This document shows, in pieces, positions 9,450 to 18,746 of a DNA stretch of 51,023 nucleotides. Both the position numbers and the translations under genes were made by a program. Origin of the DNA: SAR116 cluster bacterium MED-G06 (GTDB lineage: Bacteria > Pseudomonadota > Alphaproteobacteria > Puniceispirillales > Puniceispirillaceae); assembly GCA_002457745.1 (NCBI GenBank), contig NTKV01000001.1, positions 1 through 51,023 on the forward strand, written 5' to 3'. The notes beneath the pieces are model-generated. The model saw only the letters and a program-made list of their open reading frames with translations, had not been told where the DNA came from and searched no databases. Numbering within the stretch: the stretch's first letter is position 1; every line of letters starts with the position of its first letter.

Positions 9450-11909
9450 TCAAATGCCGCGCTTTGCCATATCGATAATATCCCAGTCGCGCAGACCGCG
9501 CCTGTTCACCCGCTTTTCGGCGAAGAAATCACCAAGAATGGCATCACAGATGTCATGCGGCTGTGGCGCGTAGCTGTCTTCCATATCCGCCCCCGGCGCG
9601 ATCCAGTTCGGCGCCCCAAGAACGACGGGCGCCGCCTTCATGTCGGCAAAGGCAAGCCTGGTGACATTGGCGGCAATGGTGTTGGCAAAACTGCCACGTT
9701 CCACCGCCTCGGACACAATGATCAGCCGTCCGGTCTTCTTCACCGACCCGACAAGCGTTGCATAGTCGAACGGCACCAGCGTGCGGGCGTCGATGATCTC
9801 CGCCTCAAGCCCATGGGATGACAGCTCGTCCGCCGCATCCAGCGCCGGATACAGCGACGGGCCAATGGTCAGGATGGTGACATCGTCGCCAGCCCGGCGC
9901 AGCGCGGCAGTGCCGAATTCAAGGCCATGAACACCCTCTGGCACACCGCCAGCCTCGAATGTCTCGACCCGGTCATAGAGGCGCTGCGATTCAAACACCA
10001 TTGTCGGGTCATTGCCGGCAAGCGCTGTCATCATCAACCCCTTGGCATCCGCCGGGGTTGCCGGATAGATCACCCGAAGCCCCGGCACATGCGTGACAAG
10101 CGAGGACCAGTCCTGTGAATGCTGCGCACCATATTTCGATCCGACCGAGGCACGAAGCACCACCGGAAGGCGCAACTCGCCAGCCGACATTGCCTGCCAT
10201 TTGGCAAGCTGGTTGAAGATCTCGTCGCCGGCACGGCCAATGAAATCGGCATACATCAGCTCGACAAGCGCCCGCCCGCCGGCAAGCGCGTATCCCACCG
10301 CCGTCGAGACAATCGCCGCCTCGGAAATCGGTGAATTGAACAGCCGGTGATAGGGGATGATATCGGCAAACCCGCGATGCACCCCGAACGCCCCACCCCA
10401 GTCACGACATTCCTCACCATAGGCAATCAGGCTTTCGTCATGCACAAGATGATGCAGGATGGCTTCTGACAGCGCATCGCGCAGCGTCACCGCGCGCATT
10501 GGCGACAGCAGGCCACCTTCCGCGTCAAAACCGCTGCGGGACTTGCGGGCGATCGACTGCATTGCCTTGCTGTCCGCAGGGTCAATCAGAAGGTCGCCGG
10601 CCCTGCCTGTCGGTGCCACCGTCTCACCATTGAAGGTCATCTCGCCAATGATCGCAGGGTTGGATTTGATGTCGATGGCAGGGGCTTTCTGCCGGTCAAC
10701 AACAGCGCGGGTCACCGCTTCAATCTGCGCGCCGACAGCCTCTTCAAGGGCGGCGGCCTCTTCCGCGGTGATGACCCCGCCCTCGACCAGACGGGCCCGG
10801 AAACGCGCAATCGGGTCATGGGCCTGCCAGGCCTTCATCTCGTCACGCGAGCGATAGGCGTTGGTGTCGGTCGTCGAATGACCTGAATAGCGGTAGCATT
10901 CGATATCAAGCAGCGCTGGTCCTTCGCCAGCCCGCAGAATCCGGGTCTTGCGCCCCACCGCGTCAGCCACCGCCAGCGGGTTCGAGCCGTCAACCGTTTC
11001 CGCGTGAAGCTGTGCCGGGCCGACGCCAGCACCAATCCGCGACAGCCGGTCCCAGGCCATCGTCTCACCGCGCGTCTGTCCACCCATGGCATAGAAATTG
11101 TTGGTAAAACAGAACAACACCGGCGGATGCCGGTCGAAGGGCGGTTGCCACAAGGTCCGGAACTGGCCCATGCCGGCGAAATTCATCGATTCCCAGATCA
11201 GGCCGCATCCGGTGCTGCCATCGCCGAGATTGGCCAGAACAACCGCATCGGATCCGGTCAGCTGCGCGCGCAGCGCAGCGCCGACAGCGATGCCGGAAGA
11301 CCCCCCGACAATGGCGTTGTTGGGATAGGCCCCGAACGGGGTGAAAAAGGCATGCATCGAGCCACCCATGCCCCGGTTGAAGCCGGCATCACGCATGAAA
11401 ATCTCGGCCAGAACGCCGGTCAGCAGAAACGCCTCACCGGCGCTGCCACCAGCATCGCCGATATGGTCGGCGACAAATCTGGCAAGCCTGCCATCATCAT
11501 GTTTGCCGGTGATTGCGGCAAGCGCACCTGCGTCCATCGCCGCAATTGCCGCAAGCCCCTTGGCAATCATCTCGCCATGGCTGCGGTGCGATCCGAAAAT
11601 CTGGTCATGCGGTGCCAGCGCCATGGCGCTTCCGACGGCGGCCGCCTCCTGCCCCACCGAAAGATGCGCCGGCCCCTTGTATACATATTCGATGCCGCGA
11701 TAGGCCCCGGTCGATTTGAAGGCGTGAAGCATGCTTTCGAATTCGCGGACAATCATCATGTCGCGAAGCGCGCGGCGCAGCCTGTCATCGCCCCAGCGGT
11801 CACGCTCGCCAGCAAGATCAGACCGGTAGGCATGTACCGGGATGTCGGCAAACCGGACAGTGTCGGCGGCATATGTCTGACCGGGATCGATCGGAATCTG
11901 TTTTGGCAA
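9450..11909 (-). CDS. fused E1 alpha/beta ThDP-dependent 2-oxoacid/acetoin dehydrogenase-like protein
   Basis: HLSVGQEA, HRSHG, GGSMH, GDG...NN, YRYSGHS (alpha part); NSPISEAAIV, GAQHSQ, IIDARTLVPFD (beta part); TTG start with GGAGG RBS. Confidence 0.93.
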   Translation of the reverse strand: MPKQIPIDPGQTYAADTVRFADIPVHAYRSDLAGERDRWGDDRLRRALRDMMIVREFESMLHAFKSTGAYRGIEYVYKGPAHLSVGQEAAAVGSAMALAPHDQIFGSHRSHGEMIAKGLAAIAAMDAGALAAITGKHDDGRLARFVADHIGDAGGSAGEAFLLTGVLAEIFMRDAGFNRGMGGSMHAFFTPFGAYPNNAIVGGSSGIAVGAALRAQLTGSDAVVLANLGDGSTGCGLIWESMNFAGMGQFRTLWQPPFDRHPPVLFCFTNNFYAMGGQTRGETMAWDRLSRIGAGVGPAQLHAETVDGSNPLAVADAVGRKTRILRAGEGPALLDIECYRYSGHSTTDTNAYRSRDEMKAWQAHDPIARFRARLVEGGVITAEEAAALEEAVGAQIEAVTRAVVDRQKAPAIDIKSNPAIIGEMTFNGETVAPTGRAGDLLIDPADSKAMQSIARKSRSGFDAEGGLLSPMRAVTLRDALSEAILHHLVHDESLIAYGEECRDWGGAFGVHRGFADIIPYHRLFNSPISEAAIVSTAVGYALAGGRALVELMYADFIGRAGDEIFNQLAKWQAMSAGELRLPVVLRASVGSKYGAQHSQDWSSLVTHVPGLRVIYPATPADAKGLMMTALAGNDPTMVFESQRLYDRVETFEAGGVPEGVHGLEFGTAALRRAGDDVTILTIGPSLYPALDAADELSSHGLEAEIIDARTLVPFDYATLVGSVKKTGRLIIVSEAVERGSFANTIAANVTRLAFADMKAAPVVLGAPNWIAPGADMEDSYAPQPHDICDAILGDFFAEKRVNRRGLRDWDIIDMAKRGI

Positions 11910-11946
11910 GTCACTACCTCCCGAGAAGGTTTACAGAACGCACAGG

Positions 11947-12900
11947 TCAGATATTCACCAGCTCTTCACGCCAGGGCGGGTTGCATCCTGACCTCTGGCA
12001 GTTGATGGCAGCAGCCTCTCCGGCGCGTGTCGCCGCCCTTGTCAGCTCTGCTTCATTGATTGCGGCAAGCGCAGCCCGCGATGCGAGGCCGCTTTCCAGC
12101 ACCCAGCACAATATGCTGGCCATATAGGTATCACCCGCTCCGACCGTATCGGCCAGATTGTCAAGGGCAGGCGCCGCTGCATCCAGTTCGATATCACCCT
12201 GCCTGGTGGCAAGGAACAGGCGCGAGCCTTCACCACCCATCGTCAGGATGAACAGCGCGGCGTCGCACTCGGCACGGCAGTCGGCAAGCGCCGCATCCAG
12301 CGGCCGGTCAGGATAAAGCCAGAGCAGATCCTCATCGCTGAGCTTGAAGATATCGGCATGGCGCATCATCCTGCGGATCCGCGCCCGGTAGCCGTCAGCG
12401 TCGGTGATCAGCCCGGGGCGTACATTCGGGTCAAGCGAAGTCATCACACCCCGCCCCGGACAGGCGGCGAAGAACGCCTCCCAGGCATCGGCGTCATCAC
12501 CGCCAATCAGCGCCAGCGACCCGACATGAAACAGGCGCGTTTCCGCCGGCATGTCACGCTCCAGCCCGGCAAGGCTGATCTGGCGCTCGGCAGTGGCGTT
12601 GCGATGAAAGGCATAGGAAGGAATGCCGTCAGTGATGGACACCACAGCAAGTGATGTCGGGTATGGTGCGCGTGGCGCGGCCAGCGTCACCCTGCTTTCA
12701 GTCAGCCGTTCCGCCAGCAGAACACCAAGCGCGTCGTCAGAGACCGGGGTCAGATAGGCCACCTTCTGTCCCTGTCTGGCAGCCGCTATGGCCACATTAT
12801 AGGGCGAGCCGCCCGGGTTCGCGACATAGCGCGGCAGACCATTCGCATCCGGATCACCGGAGACAAGGTCTATGAGGTTTTCCCCACCAATCGAAATCAT
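11947..12900 (-). CDS. PfkB family carbohydrate kinase (fructokinase-like)
   Basis: start reassigned to MISIGGENLID; GGSPYNVA, DPNVRP, DTVGAGD. Confidence 0.92.
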   Translation of the reverse strand: MISIGGENLIDLVSGDPDANGLPRYVANPGGSPYNVAIAAARQGQKVAYLTPVSDDALGVLLAERLTESRVTLAAPRAPYPTSLAVVSITDGIPSYAFHRNATAERQISLAGLERDMPAETRLFHVGSLALIGGDDADAWEAFFAACPGRGVMTSLDPNVRPGLITDADGYRARIRRMMRHADIFKLSDEDLLWLYPDRPLDAALADCRAECDAALFILTMGGEGSRLFLATRQGDIELDAAAPALDNLADTVGAGDTYMASILCWVLESGLASRAALAAINEAELTRAATRAGEAAAINCQRSGCNPPWREELVNI

Positions 12901-13065
12901 ATGCTGTTCCTCAACACCTTCTGGTCGTCCTGTCAGACCTGCCCCTTTCCCTCCAGGGCAGCAGAGCCCTATGATGCAGGGGAGCGGGGAAGTTCGGCAA
13001 GCCCATTGATGGGCTGTTTGTGGCGCATGGCGGGGGCCGCCGTCCACCCCTCAGGAGGACAGAAT

Positions 13066-13905
13066 ATGCAAATTGACGCTCATCACCATTTCTGGAACCC
13101 GGCGCGCGGCGATTATGGCTGGATGCCGGAGGACAACACCACCCTCAATCGCGCCTATGGCCCGGCCGATCTTGCACCACATCTTGCTGCGGCTGGTATT
13201 GACGCCACCATTCTTGTGCAGGCCGCCCCCAGCATCGCCGAAAGCGAATATATGCTTGGCATCGCCGATGCGACACCACATGTCGCGGCGGTCACCGGAT
13301 GGGTCGATTTCGAGAACGCGGCGCATCAGGACGCATTGGCAAGGCTGGCAGGTCATCCGAAATTCCGCGGCGTCCGTCCGATGATCCAGGACATTCCGGA
13401 TGATGACTGGATGCTGCGCGAGGATGTGCGGTGGGGATTCGATGCGATCACCGCGCTCGGCCTGCGCTTCGAGGCGCTCGGCTTTCCGCGGCATATCGAC
13501 AATTTCCTGACCATCTTCACGCGTCATCCGGAGATGAAGGTGGTGATCGACCACTGCATGAAACCGCAGATCGCGGCACCGGACGAGACCGCATTCCGGC
13601 AGTGGGCGGACGGCATGGCAAGACTGGCACGCGAGACCTCTGCCTTTTGCAAGTTTTCCGCGCTCATTACCGAGGCTCATGCCGACTGGCAGACCGAGGA
13701 TCTTCGCCCCTATGCCGAGCATGTGATCACGGCCTTCGGTGCCGAGCGGGTGATGTGGGGGTCAGACTGGCCGGTCTGTCGGCTTGCCGGCGAATATACC
13801 GAGTGGCGCGCTGCCGCGCTGGAGTTGACCGCCGGGTGCAGCGATGCCGAAAGGCGCGCCATCTATGGCGGCACCGCGCAGAACTTCTACGATCTGGATC
13901 TATAG
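13066..13905 (+). CDS. amidohydrolase_2 family sugar lactonase (L-fuconolactonase-like)
   Basis: MQIDAHHHFW, VIDHCMKP, CKFSAL, MWGSDWPV; AGGAGG RBS. Confidence 0.9.
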   Translation: MQIDAHHHFWNPARGDYGWMPEDNTTLNRAYGPADLAPHLAAAGIDATILVQAAPSIAESEYMLGIADATPHVAAVTGWVDFENAAHQDALARLAGHPKFRGVRPMIQDIPDDDWMLREDVRWGFDAITALGLRFEALGFPRHIDNFLTIFTRHPEMKVVIDHCMKPQIAAPDETAFRQWADGMARLARETSAFCKFSALITEAHADWQTEDLRPYAEHVITAFGAERVMWGSDWPVCRLAGEYTEWRAAALELTAGCSDAERRAIYGGTAQNFYDLDL

Positions 13906-14634
13906 ATCACCGCGCGCCACGCCGAGATAGACGGTCTGTGTGCAGTCTTCTTCCAGCAACGGGTTGGGGAAGACCACCGCCTCGGCGCTGGCATCGGCAA
14001 AGACCGATTTCATTCTGGCAAGAAATCCGGCATCGGGCGGGTCGTTCGACCACAGCGCGAAAACACCGCCAGCGGTCAGGCTGGTCTGCAGGCGGGTCAG
14101 CCCGTCAGCGCTGTAGAAATCCGCATGGGACGGGTTGAGGTGAAAATCCGGACTGTGGTCGATATCCAGAAAGATGCCGTCGAAGCGCCGCCCCGGCATC
14201 TGCGGATCAAACCCGTCATCACCACGCGCCAGCGCAAAGAAATCCCCCTCGACAAAGCGGCATCGCCTGTCCTCAGGCAGCCGCCTTGCCAGGGGCAGGA
14301 TGCCGGCCTCATGCCATTCGATCAGCGGGGCCAGATATTCGATGACGGTCAGCGAGGCCACAGCATCATACGCAAGCACCGTGTCGGCCGTATAGCCAAG
14401 CCCCAGCCCCCCGACCAGAATGTCAGGCCGGACCGCGCCACCAGCCAGCATCCGCTCGAGCGGCAGCCTCGCCAGTGCGATTTCCGAGGCGGTGAACATG
14501 TCCGACATCAGATGTTCATCATTCAGAATGACCTCGACCACATCGCGGTCCAGCTTCATAATCCGGCGGCGGCGCAGGATCAGCTCGCCAAGCGCGGTCT
14601 GGCGGTAGTCCAGCTCTTCGAACAGCGGCGGCAT
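13900..14634 (-). CDS. spermidine synthase-like SAM-binding protein
   Basis: LMSDMFTASE, LVGGLGLGYT, FDGIFLDIDH. Confidence 0.8.
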   Translation of the reverse strand: MPPLFEELDYRQTALGELILRRRRIMKLDRDVVEVILNDEHLMSDMFTASEIALARLPLERMLAGGAVRPDILVGGLGLGYTADTVLAYDAVASLTVIEYLAPLIEWHEAGILPLARRLPEDRRCRFVEGDFFALARGDDGFDPQMPGRRFDGIFLDIDHSPDFHLNPSHADFYSADGLTRLQTSLTAGGVFALWSNDPPDAGFLARMKSVFADASAEAVVFPNPLLEEDCTQTVYLGVARGDL

Positions 14635-14636
14635 GG

Positions 14637-15422
14637 CTAGACGCCAAGCTTCGCGGTGAGCCCGCCATCAATCCGCAGATCGGTGCCGGTGATGAAGGCG
14701 GCGGCATCCGAACACAGGAAGGCAATCAGGCTGCCGGTCTCCGCGGTCGTGCCAACACGCCCGATCGGGTGGGATTTGCCAAATTCCTCGATCATGTCAT
14801 CGATGGTTTTCCCACCAGTGGCAAGCTGGCCTGCCCCATATTCAAGCAACGGGGTGCGGATTGACCCGGGGCTGATCGAATTCACCCTGATCTGATCTGT
14901 GGCACAATCAACCGCCATCGCGCGGGTCATCGCATGAACCGCGCCCTTTGATGTGGCATAGGCCAGCACCTTGTTCTGGTTGTTGTGTCCCTGAACCGAA
15001 GCCACATGCACCACCGAGGCGCCACCAGCCACCTTCAGCAGTGGATACAGGCAATGCGCTGTCAGATAGCAGGACCGCAGATTCACCGCCAGACAATGAT
15101 CCCATTCCGCCGGGCTGGTATCCTCGACAGTCCCGTAGGTCTGCTGACCTGCCGCATTGACCAGCGCATGAAGAACATCCGTCGCTGCGGCGATCTCGCC
15201 AGCCCAGCTTCTGACCGACCCCTCATCCGCCACATCGACCTGATGACAGCTGATATCGAGACCTTCATCCCTGGCCGTTTCTGCCGCCTTCGCGTTCAGC
15301 GCGGCATCGATGCCCCCAAGGAACACCCGCGCCCCGGCCCGCGCAAGATGAAGCGCGGCACCAAGACCGATACCGCTGCTGCCGGTTACCGCCGCAACCT
15401 TGCCGGCAAAGTCATATGTCAT
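14637..15422 (-). CDS. SDR oxidoreductase
   Basis: VTGSSGIG, NAAG, ASVQG, YATSK, ITGTDLRIDGG. Confidence 0.9.
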   Translation of the reverse strand: MTYDFAGKVAAVTGSSGIGLGAALHLARAGARVFLGGIDAALNAKAAETARDEGLDISCHQVDVADEGSVRSWAGEIAAATDVLHALVNAAGQQTYGTVEDTSPAEWDHCLAVNLRSCYLTAHCLYPLLKVAGGASVVHVASVQGHNNQNKVLAYATSKGAVHAMTRAMAVDCATDQIRVNSISPGSIRTPLLEYGAGQLATGGKTIDDMIEEFGKSHPIGRVGTTAETGSLIAFLCSDAAAFITGTDLRIDGGLTAKLGV

Positions 15423-15435
15423 GCGGTGCAACCTT

Positions 15436-16617
15436 TCATGCCGGCGCGAGGGACGACACCGCGCGGGCAATTCCGCGAAGCTCGGCAAGCCCCTTCAGCC
15501 GACCGATGGCCGAATAGCCGGGGTTGGTCTGTTTGTCGATGTCGTCCAGAAGCAGATGTCCATGATCCGGGCGCATCGGGATGATGTGGTCTGCCCGCCC
15601 CTCGGCGCGACGGCGTGCCTCCTCATCCATCAGGAGCTTGATCAGCGCCACCATATCAACCCCGCCTTCCAGATGGTCATCCTCGAAAAAGGCACCGTCT
15701 GCCTGCAGGGTGACATTGCGCAGATGTGTGAAATGCACCCTCTCGGCAAAGGCGGCGGCGATGGCCAGCACATCATTGTCCGGGCGCGAGCCAAGCGATC
15801 CGGCACACAGCGTGATGCCATTCGCCAGTGACGGCACCGCGTCGAAGAGCGCCCCATAGTCAGCCTCGGTCGAGACCACGCGCGGCAGACCAAAGATCGA
15901 GAAGGGCGGGTCATCGGGATGAAGACAGACACGCGCACCGCATTCCTCGGCGGCAGGCGCGACTTTCTCCAGAAACCTGATCAGATTGGCCCGCAGATCT
16001 TGCAGGGTGAGACCGTCATATTCGGCGATGGCGGCCCTGATCCCCTCGCGCCCATGCGACAGTTCCGACCCCGGGAGACCGGCGATGATTGTGGATTCCA
16101 GCCTTTCGATGGCGGCGTCATCCATGCTGGCATGATGGGCCTTGGCCCGTTCGATGATCGCGTCGTCATAATCCGCCTCGGCGCCGGTGCGGCGCAGCAC
16201 GAACAGATCATAGACTGCGAATTCCAGCGGGTCGAAGCGCAGGGCCAGTCCCCCACGATGCGTCGGGTAGCGAAGGTCGGTGCGGGTCCAGTCGACCACC
16301 GGCATGAAGTTGTAGCAGATGACCTCCATGCCCTGCGCCGCCAGATTGCGCATGGTTTCGATCCAGCCATCGATGTAATGCGCTGCCCGGTCATCGCCAA
16401 GCTTGATGGCGGGGTGCACCGGAATGCTCTCGACAACCGACCAGATCAGACCGCCATCCTCGATTTCGCGCTTGCGCGCGGTGATGTCGTCCGGCTGCCA
16501 GACCTCGCCCGGAGGCATGGCATGAAGGGCGGTCACGATCCCGTCCGCGCCGGCCTGCCGGATATGGGAACATGTCACCGGATCATCGGGCCCAAACCAT
16601 CGCCACGTCTCAAGCAT
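15436..16617 (-). CDS. uxuA: mannonate dehydratase
   Basis: ETWRWFGPDD, CYNFMPVVDWTRT, HPDDPP, HFTHLRNV, MRPDHGH, PGYSAIGRLKGLAELRG. Confidence 0.95.
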   Translation of the reverse strand: MLETWRWFGPDDPVTCSHIRQAGADGIVTALHAMPPGEVWQPDDITARKREIEDGGLIWSVVESIPVHPAIKLGDDRAAHYIDGWIETMRNLAAQGMEVICYNFMPVVDWTRTDLRYPTHRGGLALRFDPLEFAVYDLFVLRRTGAEADYDDAIIERAKAHHASMDDAAIERLESTIIAGLPGSELSHGREGIRAAIAEYDGLTLQDLRANLIRFLEKVAPAAEECGARVCLHPDDPPFSIFGLPRVVSTEADYGALFDAVPSLANGITLCAGSLGSRPDNDVLAIAAAFAERVHFTHLRNVTLQADGAFFEDDHLEGGVDMVALIKLLMDEEARRRAEGRADHIIPMRPDHGHLLLDDIDKQTNPGYSAIGRLKGLAELRGIARAVSSLAPA

Positions 16618-16765
16618 CTGAAATCTCCCCTTACCTGTCACCCGTTACCTGTACAGCAAGTCTGCGACACAGCTTCCGGCATATCAACTCTTGGCTCGAT
16701 TTTCCGATGTGATTGCCGCACCATTATGTTCAGAACGTTTTGATGATCTGATGGAGGACACACCG

Positions 16766-17647
16766 ATGGAACCAGTCTGCATCGCACCCGTCGGCGATAT
16801 CTGCGGCGAGGCTGCAACATGGGACGCGGCGACAGGCCGACTCTACTGGACCGACATCAACAGGTTCCTGCTTCATATCCACGACCCGGCCACAGCCACC
16901 ACAAGAACGCATATGTTCAACCAGCCGGTCGTCGCCCTGTCGCTGACAGATCGTGCCGGATGGCTGCTGGTGGCGCTGGGATCGGGATTGATCCTGTTCA
17001 ATCCGGATACCGGGGCGCGCGAAGACATGGCGGCTGGTCTTGCGGGATGGCCTGAGCAGCGCCTCAATGACGGGCGAAGTGATCCACGCGGCACCTTCTG
17101 GGTTGGCTCGATGGCAAACAATGTCGCCGCCGATGGTGTGCCGCTTCCGGTGCGTGATGGTGAGGGGACGCTGTTCCGCTATGATCATGGCGGCGCGATG
17201 GAGGCGGTGGAAACCGGTATCGGCATTTCCAACACGCTGTGCTGGTCCCCGGACCGGCGGCATTTCTATTTCGGCGACACGCTGAAGAACGAGATCCGCG
17301 TCTATGACTACGACAGGGACAGCGGCAGGATTGCCGGCGGCACGCCTTTCTTTGCCGGATTCGATCGGGGGTTTCCCGACGGGTCAGCCATGGACAGCGC
17401 CGGCTATCTATGGAACTGCCGGTTTGGCGGCGGCTGTATCGTTCGTGTCGCGCCCGACGGAACAATCGACCGGGTGATCGACATGCCGGTCAGCAACATC
17501 ACCACCTGCACGTTTGGTGGCGCTGAGCTGAGGACCCTCTATGTGACGAGCGCCGCATCCGACCAGGGTGAACGCCTTGCCGGCAGTCTGTTCGCGATCA
17601 GCGTTGATGTGCCGGGGATGGACGAGAATATCTTCCGCCTTGGCTAG
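16766..17647 (+). CDS. SMP-30/gluconolactonase/LRE family lactonase
   Basis: CGEAATWD, RLNDGRSDPRG, ISNTLCWSPD, PDGSAMD; GGAGG RBS. Confidence 0.92.
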   Translation: MEPVCIAPVGDICGEAATWDAATGRLYWTDINRFLLHIHDPATATTRTHMFNQPVVALSLTDRAGWLLVALGSGLILFNPDTGAREDMAAGLAGWPEQRLNDGRSDPRGTFWVGSMANNVAADGVPLPVRDGEGTLFRYDHGGAMEAVETGIGISNTLCWSPDRRHFYFGDTLKNEIRVYDYDRDSGRIAGGTPFFAGFDRGFPDGSAMDSAGYLWNCRFGGGCIVRVAPDGTIDRVIDMPVSNITTCTFGGAELRTLYVTSAASDQGERLAGSLFAISVDVPGMDENIFRLG

Positions 17648-18729
17648 GAAGCGGCAGCCCTGACCCTGGCGATGTCGGCCTCGACACCATCCGCCTCGGC
17701 GCCGGTCAGCAATCCCATGCGGATGTCGATGCGCCAGACACCGCCGCCGGCAAGCTCCACCCCGTGACCCTTTGCCTTTTCCGCAGTATATCCCTCCACC
17801 TCCGAGGTCGAGGGGAACGCAAAGCCGAGACCGTCCTGATCTGGCGTGCGGCAGATCCATCGCGTGCAGAGCGGGGCCTGTGACGGCCGGTAACCGATAT
17901 AGTCCGCAGTGCCGTCGGGGTGCCGCTGCATGGCGTGGGCAAGACCGTCATCATCGGCCAGCATATCGATCGAGAACACCACCTCAGGATCGAAAGCCAG
18001 CGCCGGGTCGAGCCTGTGATGCGGCAGCGGGTCCTCGGCAAGCTTCGCGATAAAGTCCATATAGTCGGGCTTTGGCGAGATATGTGCCGGCACCGAGCGG
18101 CGCACCCGCACCGACCCGGCGTCATAGTTTGCCGTGTAATGCAGCTCACCATGATCGACCGGCCGGAAATTGGCATGCGCAAGATACATCAGGTCCATCG
18201 GGGTCTGTTTCAGGTTCTCCACCGACAGCGACACATCGATAAGTGCCGAGTCCGCCCCCAAGCCAATGCTTGCCGTGGCCAGATAGTTGGTGCTGAAGGC
18301 GACGGTGTAGCGATAGGTGCCGCCAACCGTCAGCCTCTCGCCAGCCTCGTCAAATTCCAGCCAGGCGGTCTGGAACGGCGCATTCGGAAGCTCACCATGA
18401 AGGGGGTGGCTGTCGGCCGGGCCCGGCGCGCCGACACCTGTCAGCCCGCAATGGATCATGAAAGCGCCGTAGGTTTCCAGATAGACCTGCGTATCGACAG
18501 GCTCATCGAACATCGACTTCATCGTCAGGTCACGGCCATCGAAAGCGGCCCGCCAGATCTGCTGTCCCTTGAAAGGAAGGACAATGATCTCGCCGCGGGC
18601 ATTGCGGATGCGAAGCGCCTCGATGCCGCTGTCATACCTGAAGCCCGAGACAGTGAAGGCGCCCATCCGGGCAATCTGGCGTTCCCGGTCATCAAAGCTG
18701 GACCGGTAGAGGTCAATGCGGGCCGGCAT
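17644..18729 (-). CDS. DUF4432 / aldose 1-epimerase-like protein
   Basis: LPFKGQQIW, HPLHGELPN, MYLAHANF. Confidence 0.8.
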   Translation of the reverse strand: MPARIDLYRSSFDDRERQIARMGAFTVSGFRYDSGIEALRIRNARGEIIVLPFKGQQIWRAAFDGRDLTMKSMFDEPVDTQVYLETYGAFMIHCGLTGVGAPGPADSHPLHGELPNAPFQTAWLEFDEAGERLTVGGTYRYTVAFSTNYLATASIGLGADSALIDVSLSVENLKQTPMDLMYLAHANFRPVDHGELHYTANYDAGSVRVRRSVPAHISPKPDYMDFIAKLAEDPLPHHRLDPALAFDPEVVFSIDMLADDDGLAHAMQRHPDGTADYIGYRPSQAPLCTRWICRTPDQDGLGFAFPSTSEVEGYTAEKAKGHGVELAGGGVWRIDIRMGLLTGAEADGVEADIARVRAAAS

Positions 18730-18746
18730 GCGCTTCTCCCGTCATG

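Noticed and set aside
12901-13065. Short hairpins (agggc/gccct, agccca/tgggct) in the pfkB/lactonase spacer as a riboswitch
   Set aside because: Stems are short for GC-rich DNA and I recognise no aptamer consensus
16631-16655. ttacctgt direct repeat upstream of uxuA
   Set aside because: Only two 8-bp copies next to the RBS; too weak to call an operator or array
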